From IMG/VR virus record IMGVR_UViG_3300028608_000006, positions 167,789-231,788 of that record: DNA of 64,000 bases, one strand, 5' to 3'. Positions 20,859 to 29,419 of this stretch are shown here, piece after piece. Position 1 is the first letter of the stretch. Every line of letters starts with the position of its first letter. The position numbers and the translations under genes are program-made. The notes under the pieces were generated by a model. That model was not told the DNA's origin. It did not search any database and saw nothing but the letters and a program-made list of their open reading frames with translations.

Positions 20859-22289
20859 TTAGAACTCGAAGGTTTTGTTTTCTTCTCGTTCCTGGATGTT
20901 GTCTGGATCACGGCGGGCTTTCAACGCAGCCAACTTGTGAGAGAAGTTGTTAATCTCGTGGTTGGCAAGAACTTGGGTGTAGTGCTCGATCTCTTGCAGC
21001 TTGAAATCACCGCCATTGAAGACCCAACCCATGGCACGCTTGATAACAGTATCTTCGTACCACGGTTTGAATTTCTTACTCAGCTCGAGCATTTTGTCGA
21101 CAGACTTAACCAGTTCGGCTTTATCAGTCGGGCTAACGTTCTTGTCTTCACGGATCTTGGCGATCATCTGACGCAATGCATCTTCGAAACGACGGTGGTC
21201 GGCGTTGTACACACCCGAGTAACCACGACCGAAGTAAGCACAAACAAACGACACAGTGAACACTGCGCCGCTGAAAACGATGAACGGCACCAAGGTGGTG
21301 CTCGCCGCAACGAACAGCGTGATTGGTGTCAGCAAGATCAGCTCGAGGATGATCGTGGTCAGGGCTGCGGTGATCAGACTGTTGATCACGATGGTGATAG
21401 CACCGACATCAGCAAAGGCGGAGATAGCAGCGATGATGCCTTTATCACAACCCATACGAAGGGCGTACATGTCAGCAATTACTTCTGACGACATCTGTTC
21501 AACACCCACGGACAAACTACGACGGCTGTTACGCTGTACGGTCAACTTGTTCCAGTAGAGGACGAACGCCTCATCGGTAGGGTTCTGTGCAATGGCTTGC
21601 AGTTCAGCGATCTTGGCTGGATCGAGTTCGAGGATCGACGCAGCATCCTTGAGAACCACCACACGGTCTTCTTCACGCTCAGCCTTGCGGTAGTGCATCA
21701 GTGCGGCCTTGGCAACCAGGTTGTCCGAAGCAGCGGTGTAGATCATCATGCAACCACCGAACACATGTCCGAGTTCGTGAGCAACAGCACCCGCCATGAT
21801 GCCGTGGATAGGAACGCCGTACTTGGCGATCTTGGCTGGTTCAAACGTATCGTTCAGGTTGACGTTGATGTACAAGTTAACTGGAACCGATTTGAAGCTA
21901 CCGCCGACCTTACCAGTCTTGTAGTCAATAGTCCCCTTGAACATCTTGACCTTGTTCTCGGCAAACCAACGGTACAGGGTGGTCTTGGTGATACCCATCA
22001 ACTGGTCTACACCGTCGTTGTTGAGAACGTGATGCGGCGAAAAGTAACCGGTGTCAACCGCGAGGTTGCCTTTCTTTTCGTAGTTGATGTTGATGTTGTT
22101 GAAGCCAGTGAACTCTTCGATGATCGGGAGGATCTCGTCACCGATGTTTTCGCTCAGGACAGCCTTACCGGACTCCGTCGAGATATTTCTCTCGAAGGCA
22201 GCACTCAGGACGTCGTAGAACCGGGTGGATTGGAAGTCAATGAATTCATTACCAGCACGGTCGGATTTAAGAAAATCAATAGAGATCAT
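20859..22289 (-). CDS. Head-cluster protein with M48/HtpX-like zinc metalloprotease motifs and a membrane segment
   Basis: Start revised to ATG at 22289 (SD AAAGGAG). HELGH at 21765-21779, EVIAD at 21471-21485, then a long hydrophobic stretch. N-terminal AGNE site. Confidence 0.6.
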   Translation of the reverse strand: MISIDFLKSDRAGNEFIDFQSTRFYDVLSAAFERNISTESGKAVLSENIGDEILPIIEEFTGFNNININYEKKGNLAVDTGYFSPHHVLNNDGVDQLMGITKTTLYRWFAENKVKMFKGTIDYKTGKVGGSFKSVPVNLYINVNLNDTFEPAKIAKYGVPIHGIMAGAVAHELGHVFGGCMMIYTAASDNLVAKAALMHYRKAEREEDRVVVLKDAASILELDPAKIAELQAIAQNPTDEAFVLYWNKLTVQRNSRRSLSVGVEQMSSEVIADMYALRMGCDKGIIAAISAFADVGAITIVINSLITAALTTIILELILLTPITLFVAASTTLVPFIVFSGAVFTVSFVCAYFGRGYSGVYNADHRRFEDALRQMIAKIREDKNVSPTDKAELVKSVDKMLELSKKFKPWYEDTVIKRAMGWVFNGGDFKLQEIEHYTQVLANHEINNFSHKLAALKARRDPDNIQEREENKTFEF

Positions 22290-22320
22290 GCGCGGACGCT
22301 CCTTTAAGTTATACACAGAC

Positions 22321-22334
22321 CCTATTAATATAGT
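22321..22334 (-). promoter_or_regulatory. Possible early-type promoter
   Basis: Minus strand reads ACTATATTAATAGG, similar to the other four copies of the motif. Confidence 0.3.
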
Positions 22335-22366
22335 GTCAAAAGCAGGCATAAAATGCAGGGTACTCC

Positions 22367-24148
22367 ATGGAACCAAATAGCTCCCCCATAATTGCCAAAG
22401 TGTGCAAACATGCCGCTCAGTCGATTAATCGTTTTGACAAGAACAAAGATTTGCTGTGCGCCAAGATCACCAATATTCATGAAGATGGTTCACGTTCGAA
22501 TTCCCTGATCTCGCTGGAGAACTACAAGCAGCCGATCTGGATCGTTAAAGAAGACAAACGCAAGTTCAAGCAGCACAAAGATTACATCGAAGAGTCCATG
22601 TGCAAAGAGTACAAGGTACCTCGGTGTTCGTTGGCAGCTGCGGTCAACAAGTATTACTACGGGCGCTCTGACAGCTCGTATGACCTTCGTCAGGCAAAGA
22701 ACAACCCTCACGTATTCGGATTGGATCAAACCCCTCCAGTTCACTTCAAGCGACGCTTCTTCGAGAAGTACGGCGACTATCAAGAAACCGAGTCTTACAC
22801 CTTAGCGGCTTATGACGTTGAGGGCGACATGTTCAAGAAGGGCGTGCCGATCATGATGGCCTCGGTGACCTTCAAGACCAAAGCGTACTTCGCGGCATGT
22901 CGTGGCTGGTATTCCGAGAAGGCCGGCAAACATCTCGAAGACCACGAGATCATCAAGAACTTGAAGGAAGCTGAGTACAAGTACCTCAGTGACCACGTCA
23001 AGCGTCGTAACTGCACGATCGAGTATGAGTTGTTCGATACTCCGGGGCAGGTGGTTAATGCGTGTATTCAGAAGATGCACGAATGGGAACCGGACTGGGT
23101 AGCTGCTTGGAACGCGGCTTACGACATGGAGGCTAACGAGAAAGCTTTGTTGGCCGACGGCTATGACTTGGCTCAGGTGTATTCTGATCCTCGCATTCCT
23201 CGTGAGTACAAGTCCTACAAGTATCACCCGGGTCGTACGCACAAGCATAAAGAAGATGGCACGAAGATGCCGTTGGAATGGCAAGAGCGTTTCCCAACCA
23301 TTCGCACCATGGCCACCTTTCAGTTTGCGGATGCGGGTTCGTTCTACGCGATCAAGCGCCAACCAGTTGAAGGTAAGCTCCAGGACACCTCTCTGCAAGG
23401 CATTGCGACCAAAGAGGAAGTACCGGGTAAGTTGTACACCGTAGAGGGCGCAGAGCACGGCGTAGGCTCTCCTCAGTGGCATCGTTACATGCAGCAGTAT
23501 CACCCGTACCTGTACTCCATGTACAACATCTGCGACAACTTCGTTATTGAAGAGATTAACGAGAAGACCAGTGACTTCAGTCTCTCGTTGCCGATGTTGT
23601 TGAAATACTCGGAATACTTCAACTACGTGTCTCAGCCAAGCATGATCTCGGACACCCTGTCCTTCATGGCGCGTGAGCGTGGTTACGTATGGGGTTCAAC
23701 TCCAAGCAACCGGGATAAACAGTTCTCTGAGAAGTTGCCGACTCTGGGTGATTGGATTGCGTTGCTCGATACTGAGAAGAACGCTTCCTTCGGTAAGTTA
23801 CTCTTTGCCGGGCTGGAGGACGTCTACAGTAACGGTCGTACGGATACTTCTGACATCGACGTGGAAGGTGCTTACCCAACAGCAACCCTTGCGCTCAATG
23901 CCGGTGGTAAAACGACCATGGCGGAGGTCTACGGTATTCAAGGGGCTGACCCTATGAAGTTCCGAGAGATCGCGGTTAACTACGCCAGCAGTACACAGGC
24001 TAACGCATTCGGGTTGTGTCATGACCTGTTCCGTTTCCCTGCTCCTCGTGATCTGAAGAAGATCTTCGAAGAAGCGTTGATCGCACAAGGTAAAGAAGCT
24101 GAACTGAAGAAACTGCAAGAAAATGAAGCAATGAAAAGAGCCGCCTAG
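22367..24148 (+). CDS. Split family-B DNA polymerase, exonuclease plus motif A half (phiKZ gp82-like)
   Basis: ExoI YDVEGD, ExoII WNAAYD, ExoIII YNICD; motif A DIDVEGAYP near the C-terminus; no DTDS. Confidence 0.85.
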   Translation: MEPNSSPIIAKVCKHAAQSINRFDKNKDLLCAKITNIHEDGSRSNSLISLENYKQPIWIVKEDKRKFKQHKDYIEESMCKEYKVPRCSLAAAVNKYYYGRSDSSYDLRQAKNNPHVFGLDQTPPVHFKRRFFEKYGDYQETESYTLAAYDVEGDMFKKGVPIMMASVTFKTKAYFAACRGWYSEKAGKHLEDHEIIKNLKEAEYKYLSDHVKRRNCTIEYELFDTPGQVVNACIQKMHEWEPDWVAAWNAAYDMEANEKALLADGYDLAQVYSDPRIPREYKSYKYHPGRTHKHKEDGTKMPLEWQERFPTIRTMATFQFADAGSFYAIKRQPVEGKLQDTSLQGIATKEEVPGKLYTVEGAEHGVGSPQWHRYMQQYHPYLYSMYNICDNFVIEEINEKTSDFSLSLPMLLKYSEYFNYVSQPSMISDTLSFMARERGYVWGSTPSNRDKQFSEKLPTLGDWIALLDTEKNASFGKLLFAGLEDVYSNGRTDTSDIDVEGAYPTATLALNAGGKTTMAEVYGIQGADPMKFREIAVNYASSTQANAFGLCHDLFRFPAPRDLKKIFEEALIAQGKEAELKKLQENEAMKRAA

Positions 24149-24155
24149 CAACCAT

Positions 24156-24192
24156 ACCCTACCCATTCCCCGACAAAGGGAATGGGTAGGGT
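24156..24192. terminator. Hairpin between convergent genes
   Basis: Perfect 15-bp stem accctacccattccc / gggaatgggtagggt. Confidence 0.75.
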
Positions 24193-24208
24193 TATTCACG
24201 CTTGGGTG

Positions 24209-25276
24209 TTACTTAAGGCCGAAGATACGACGCACGGTGTCGCACAGGCTTTGGATGGTCAGGCAAGTGGTGTGGACGTAGCTGACGGTGCTGTTGATCG
24301 CAATCATCATGTCCTTCGCCACAGCCAGCTCGGCACGGGCGCCGGCTTTACGTTCAGCATGCTTATCCGACCAGCTCAAAGCCTTTTCGCACTCGGTGAT
24401 ACGATGCTCCAGGTTGTGCTTGTTGGCTTTGATGAAACCGTTAATGCTGTCGATGGTTTTCATCTGATGCTGAAGCACTTCGAGCACACGAGCACCCTGA
24501 CCCATATCGCTCACGATCATTGCGCCGTCGATGTGGTTGATGGCGGAACGGATGGCCGAGATATCATTGTTGTAGATCTCGGTGATCAGGTGCTTGTAGA
24601 AGTTGTAGCTTTCATTCGCACCCACATGGATTTCCACATCAGTGTGGAGCTTGGTAATGTGAGCAACCAAGCCGGCACCTTTCTCTTTCACGAGCTTAAG
24701 GCCAGTTTGCAACTTCTTTTGCTGCTTGTGGTTAAGCTTGGCGAACTTCTCGGCGACCTTCTTGGTTTCAGCAGGAGAAGGAGCCGGGGTGGCTTGGATG
24801 ACCTGGATGAGTTCCTGGACTTCCTTAACTTCGGCAGGGGTGGTCACTGGATCAGCAACAACCTTCTGCATGCTTTCCACCAGCTTGTGTTGAACGGCTT
24901 TCGTGTCCCCCGATGGCTTTTCGAGCGCAACCTTCGCCACAGTCAGCGCTTCTTTGGTGTTATCGATCTCAGCCTGAGCACCACCTTCCTTCTTACCGAA
25001 GAAGAAACCCCAGATAGACTTGAACAACTTCTGGACGTATTCCCAGACAGCTTTAAGGCCATCGCCGATAGAACCGAAGAAGCTTTCGTTACCATCAACC
25101 TTCTGCTGACGGGTCAGGCTGTCGTTTGCACCCAACACCGCGTAGGTGTATTCCTGAGCACGGGTCAAGCCAAAGCCTTCGCTACCAGTAACGCCACCCA
25201 TGGTGTCGTCCATTGCAACAAAGATGGTTTCCAGGTGGTCGTTATCAATCTGACCGTAATCTTCGCTAGCTTCCAT
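24209..25276 (-). CDS. Head cargo protein, paralog B
   Basis: GSE/GFGLT...DGNE/SFFGSIGDGLKAVWEYVQKLFKSIWGFFF. Confidence 0.65.
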   Translation of the reverse strand: MEASEDYGQIDNDHLETIFVAMDDTMGGVTGSEGFGLTRAQEYTYAVLGANDSLTRQQKVDGNESFFGSIGDGLKAVWEYVQKLFKSIWGFFFGKKEGGAQAEIDNTKEALTVAKVALEKPSGDTKAVQHKLVESMQKVVADPVTTPAEVKEVQELIQVIQATPAPSPAETKKVAEKFAKLNHKQQKKLQTGLKLVKEKGAGLVAHITKLHTDVEIHVGANESYNFYKHLITEIYNNDISAIRSAINHIDGAMIVSDMGQGARVLEVLQHQMKTIDSINGFIKANKHNLEHRITECEKALSWSDKHAERKAGARAELAVAKDMMIAINSTVSYVHTTCLTIQSLCDTVRRIFGLK

Positions 25277-25312
25277 GTCGTATTCCCCAAATAAGCAAAT
25301 ATAGGTTAAAGG

Positions 25313-25342
25313 GCCAGAGCAACCGATTAAAGTTGCTCTGGC
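25313..25342 (-). terminator. Intrinsic terminator-like hairpin
   Basis: 11-bp stem gccagagcaac / gttgctctggc between the paralogs. Confidence 0.6.
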
Positions 25343-25358
25343 TCAGTTTGCCGACGCC

Positions 25359-26432
25359 TTACAGGCCGAAGACCTTATTGGTGCGGTGTTGCAGATCAAC
25401 CTGGACGGAGATCGTCTTCTTCATCGACTGCGCAATGGCGGTGGTGAAGGAGAGAATGCCGCGCAGCATGCCCAGCTCGGTGTTCTTGTGCTTGGCAACC
25501 CAGTCGCCCTTGTCGTCCTTGTCGGTCTTGGCCAGGAACGCTTGGCATTCCTTGATCTTCGTGCTGACCTGAGGAGCGTGTTTGGAGAAGCTGGCGGCCA
25601 GGGTTTTAACGCCGTTCAGGTTGTCGATGATCAGCTTGGCCAGTACAGCGGCGTCAGACTGGGACTTGACTTCTTCGCGGTTTTTCAGCGCGGTGATGAC
25701 GGCCTGTTCTTTCGGCACGATGGACTTGGCTTCGCCAACGATGTCCTTGGCCAGGTCTTCGGTGAGTTCGAACTTGCCGCCTTCGTCGCCTTCAGCTTTC
25801 TCGACTACGCCGATGTACTTGCCTTTGGCGTCGATCACGGCCATGGCCGCCAGCTTGAAGCGGTTCTGGGCGTCTTTGTTGACTTTCGGCAACTCATTCG
25901 CCATCTCTTTCACGAGTGCTTTCTTCTCGGTGAGATCCAGGCCGGCTTCTTTCAATCGACCGATGAAAGCGTTCTTGTCGGATTCGGCAGCAGCCGCGAT
26001 CGATGCTTTGCGCATCTTGTCGAACTGGTCTTCGATCTGCTTGTCGTTACCGGTGCCAACCGCCGCTACTTCAGCAGCCAGTTCCTTGACTTCGGCAACA
26101 GCCGCGTCAACTTCTTTGCCCACGTCGCGCTTGAAGAAGAACTCCCAGACCGACTTGAACATCTTGACGATGTAGTCGTAGGTAGCCTTCAAGCCGCCGC
26201 CAACAGCGCTGAAGAAGCTTTCGTTGCCGTCGATGGAGCTGGCGCGCAGAGTACCGCTGGCCATCAGAACGCCTTCAGCATAACGCTGGGCTTCAGTCAG
26301 ACCGAAACCTTCAGCGCCGGTCACGCCGCCGATAGTGTCGTCCATGGCGTCGAACATGATTTCGACATGAGGGATATCCGGGATCGACGAAACTTCGTTT
26401 TCTTCACCGGGTACAAGAGCAAGAGGATCCAT
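25359..26432 (-). CDS. Head cargo protein, paralog A
   Basis: GAE/GFGLT...DGNE/SFFSAVGGGLKATYDYIVKMFKSVWEFFF; strong codon bias. Confidence 0.65.
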   Translation of the reverse strand: MDPLALVPGEENEVSSIPDIPHVEIMFDAMDDTIGGVTGAEGFGLTEAQRYAEGVLMASGTLRASSIDGNESFFSAVGGGLKATYDYIVKMFKSVWEFFFKRDVGKEVDAAVAEVKELAAEVAAVGTGNDKQIEDQFDKMRKASIAAAAESDKNAFIGRLKEAGLDLTEKKALVKEMANELPKVNKDAQNRFKLAAMAVIDAKGKYIGVVEKAEGDEGGKFELTEDLAKDIVGEAKSIVPKEQAVITALKNREEVKSQSDAAVLAKLIIDNLNGVKTLAASFSKHAPQVSTKIKECQAFLAKTDKDDKGDWVAKHKNTELGMLRGILSFTTAIAQSMKKTISVQVDLQHRTNKVFGL

Positions 26433-26471
26433 ATGCAGCTTCCTTGATTCTTAAGAGTTGGAGGAGGGCGA

Positions 26472-27125
26472 TTAAACGCTGGCGAGTTTGTTGAAGTACT
26501 GGGTCAGGTTCACTTGCCCCTGACGCGGCAACGTCCGTACAGCATAGGTGATGTCGACCAGCTTCTTCAGCTTGTAGCGAACGTTCCAGTTCACCGCAAA
26601 CTTGGTCAGCAGTTCAACGTAAGACTGGTAGGCCGCAACGTTGTCACGGTAGGCGCCTTTGCTGATGCCCTGGAGGAAACGGAAAGCAGTGCCACCGGTG
26701 AAGACTTTCTGGTTGTCGCGGATTTGTTGCAGCAGGTGGTCGGTCACAACCACATACGCTTCGAAGTCCTGCTTCAGGGTGTTGCCGATGGTTTCGATGA
26801 AGCTAACCATCTCGTCGTCACGTTCCTTGGTGCTGGCGAAACCTTCATCGCCACGCAGGAACTTCATGTGCCGATCGATACGAGCGATCATGTCGGCAGT
26901 GACCAGGGTGCCTTTGGCGTTGAGCATTTTGCCCACACCGATGACATCAGGGATCGGAGCCAGGGTAGGCTCGGCGGCTTTTGGTGCTTCAGCAGGTTTG
27001 TTAACAGGCGCTGCTGGAGCTTGCTTGGTAACCACGGCAGTAGAAACAACCGGGGATTTATCAGCGACACTACCCACCTCGTCAACAGCCGGAGGGGTGT
27101 ACTCTTTGGAATCGTTGGTGCTCAT
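26472..27125 (-). CDS. Conserved jumbo-phage protein with Pro/Ala-rich N-terminus (putative virion protein)
   Basis: Likely start ATG at 27125 (MSTND...); disordered N-terminus and helical C-terminal domain. Confidence 0.5.
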   Translation of the reverse strand: MSTNDSKEYTPPAVDEVGSVADKSPVVSTAVVTKQAPAAPVNKPAEAPKAAEPTLAPIPDVIGVGKMLNAKGTLVTADMIARIDRHMKFLRGDEGFASTKERDDEMVSFIETIGNTLKQDFEAYVVVTDHLLQQIRDNQKVFTGGTAFRFLQGISKGAYRDNVAAYQSYVELLTKFAVNWNVRYKLKKLVDITYAVRTLPRQGQVNLTQYFNKLASV

Positions 27126-27224
27126 TGAAAGGGCCCTTTCGTCTGAGTAATAAGGCAAAAATAGAGACGTGATGTCATAGAATATCCCTAAGGAGTCGCC
27201 CCCTTAGAGATATTCTTAGATGGT

Positions 27225-27743
27225 TTACGGTTTGCTGATATTAAGCTTTTTAGCCAACGCCAACAGTTCTCGGTCTTCTTTAGAAAGCCCGTCCGTTGGT
27301 GGTGCCGCAGCGGCATCAGCCTTAGCCCGCTGCTCATCCCCTTTGGTAATCCCCTTAACTAAACTCTCCACTAAGAAAGCTGGCAGGTTAAGGTAATCAT
27401 TGAGTGGGATGATGTCTTTCAATTTACCCCAACCGTATTGATGACCAATAGCGTCAATCGACCACGGGTGGTAGTACTCATTCTCCTTTTCAATGAATGC
27501 AACAGAGGAATGAGGCTTCAGGGTAGAACGGTCGTAATACCCCATGTTGAAGTCGTGCAGTATGCCTTCCTGAAAGTCCAGCTTCTCTCGACTGGTGTCT
27601 TTGAGATTCAGTCCAAACAGGTTAGCTACTACTGCACGATACTCATCGCTGAACTCTCTCTCGAACTCTATTCGGAGATGGCTTCTTTGGTGGCGGCTGC
27701 CGCTTCTGCCGCTTGAGTCATCAGCTTCAACTGGGTGAGGGTA
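27225..27743 (-). CDS. -1-frame ORF, probably the C-terminal extension of a frameshift product (tail chaperone T-like part)
   Basis: Frame open from 27788 to the stop at 27225. No ATG/GTG/TTG before 27545, and that ATG has no well-spaced SD. It is the -1 frame relative to the upstream gene. Confidence 0.6.
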   Translation of the reverse strand, partial: YPHPVEADDSSGRSGSRHQRSHLRIEFEREFSDEYRAVVANLFGLNLKDTSREKLDFQEGILHDFNMGYYDRSTLKPHSSVAFIEKENEYYHPWSIDAIGHQYGWGKLKDIIPLNDYLNLPAFLVESLVKGITKGDEQRAKADAAAAPPTDGLSKEDRELLALAKKLNISKP

Positions 27744-29392
27744 AAAAAAGCCATGAATGGGTCGATAGGGGTGTAACCATAACGACGTTCAGGATCCTGG
27801 AACTCTTCGGTACGACGCTTGCACGCCGGGCAGTGGTAGTTAGCCACAGCGACGAAGGTGCGAGCCATCATAGGCGATTTGTTCAGGATGAAGGCAGAGA
27901 GTTTCTTGTTCAGCTCTTTGCTGTCCAGGATAACTTCCATGCAACCCTTGTTGAACTCGGACGCATCACATTCCGAACGCTTCAACACCACGTCTTCGTC
28001 ATCGCTACCAGGAGCGGCCACGGACACGAAGGATTGGATCCAGTGCAGGAACTCGGTCGAGCCCAGAGTGGTCAGCAACAGACCCACTTGAGTTTGGAAC
28101 TCGGCTTCGTTAACCACCTGCCCACGGATTTCCTGGAGCTGTGGATTGATACGACCGGCGTAGTAGTCGAAGGTTTCGAAAGCTTCGGCCAGCGACGCAG
28201 GACCCACGGTGAAGTAGATCGACTTGTCGGCGTTGTAGACGCGGTTGCTGTCCAGACCGTAAGTGGTCTTTTCGATCATGGCCAGCGTCTCTTCGATGCT
28301 GTACTTGATCTTGGAGTTGAAGATGTTGGCGTAGATAGCCGCTTCTTCATCGGTTTCGATGGAGTGACGAACACGAACCAACTTGTCCGGGTCTGCCACT
28401 TCGAACGCCGACCAGTCGCACATCTCGTTCAGACAACGCAGCTGGAGGTTCACACCATTGCTGTGGGTGGAGCGCAGCAGTGCCATGCAGATCGTACCGA
28501 AGTCACTGAAACGGATAACCCGTACCAGGTCCTTGAAGTCGACAATGCCAGTCACCGAACTGTTGACGATACGAGCCGCCAAGAAGTCCCAGACCACACG
28601 CATGCCAGCGATCACCGACAGACTCACAGTGTTACCGCCTACGGTGCGAACGTAGCCTTTAACAGTGCGGTTGATGTCGTTGACCAGACCAGCCAATTCC
28701 AGCTTGCTTGGACGGGTGAAAGTCAGCGAGCAGAACGAATCACGCAACAGCACGTCGAACTGGAACTCACCGTCTTCCGCACGCATCGCCGAGCGACGCA
28801 TTACTTCCGATACGCTGAAGCCCTTAGTGGCACGACCCGGCTTCTTGCCCAGGATGTCACCGGTGACGATGTCGCTGCCACGATCGCTGACGTTGGAGAT
28901 GCCGTCTTCGTTCATGACCTTGGAACGGATCTTGATGCTGTCGACATGCTCTTCCATGAAACGGTAGAGGTCGGCGCACAGTCTGTTCATTTCTTCACGA
29001 GTTTTGCTCGGGAAGTTGGCTTCGATGTACTGAGCCCAGTCAGCATTAGTAGAAGCAACCATGCCCTCAGTTGCTTCACCGCGTTCGTGCAACGACTGCA
29101 TCGCCGTCACAGACAGCCACTTCGAAAGCAGGGTGTTAGCCTTTTCGTTGTTGGCGCGGGAGTTGCCCAGGAAGATCGGCAGGTAACCGAGTTCACGATC
29201 TTCTTCAGTACCGCTACGGGTAACTTCAGACACCGAAGGCAGGACTTTCTTCATCGGGGTGTTTTCAGCGGTATGCACATCGGCATACGCAGCTTCGGCT
29301 ACCGGAGGAGATGCAACAGCACCACCTACGTTATTGACCGCACCGCCCACATTGTTGACTTCACCAACTGGGCCAGTTTCAGATTCACTCAT
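27668..29392 (-). CDS. Putative tail/baseplate assembly chaperone (G-like; T4 gp26-like features)
   Basis: 574 aa from ATG at 29392; C-terminal CPAC knuckle followed by IDPFMAFF; function inferred. Confidence 0.5.
   Translation of the reverse strand: MSESETGPVGEVNNVGGAVNNVGGAVASPPVAEAAYADVHTAENTPMKKVLPSVSEVTRSGTEEDRELGYLPIFLGNSRANNEKANTLLSKWLSVTAMQSLHERGEATEGMVASTNADWAQYIEANFPSKTREEMNRLCADLYRFMEEHVDSIKIRSKVMNEDGISNVSDRGSDIVTGDILGKKPGRATKGFSVSEVMRRSAMRAEDGEFQFDVLLRDSFCSLTFTRPSKLELAGLVNDINRTVKGYVRTVGGNTVSLSVIAGMRVVWDFLAARIVNSSVTGIVDFKDLVRVIRFSDFGTICMALLRSTHSNGVNLQLRCLNEMCDWSAFEVADPDKLVRVRHSIETDEEAAIYANIFNSKIKYSIEETLAMIEKTTYGLDSNRVYNADKSIYFTVGPASLAEAFETFDYYAGRINPQLQEIRGQVVNEAEFQTQVGLLLTTLGSTEFLHWIQSFVSVAAPGSDDEDVVLKRSECDASEFNKGCMEVILDSKELNKKLSAFILNKSPMMARTFVAVANYHCPACKRRTEEFQDPERRYGYTPIDPFMAFFTLTQLKLMTQAAEAAAATKEAISE
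27743..27749 (-). promoter_or_regulatory. -1 frameshift slippery heptamer T-TTT-TTT
   Basis: Codons GCT TTT TTT ACC fit X-XXY-YYZ in the correct phase, 24 codons before the stop. Confidence 0.65.
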
Positions 29393-29419
29393 GTTCAACG
29401 TTTCCTTGAAGCGTGGAAG

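Noticed and set aside
22290-22376. Apparent head-to-head overlap of the 505-aa ORF and the DNA polymerase gene
   Set aside because: Resolved by the SD-supported start at 22289.
27127-27140. 14-bp palindrome GAAAGGGCCCTTTC over an RBS
   Set aside because: Single occurrence with only a weak stem; possible translational control is unsupported.
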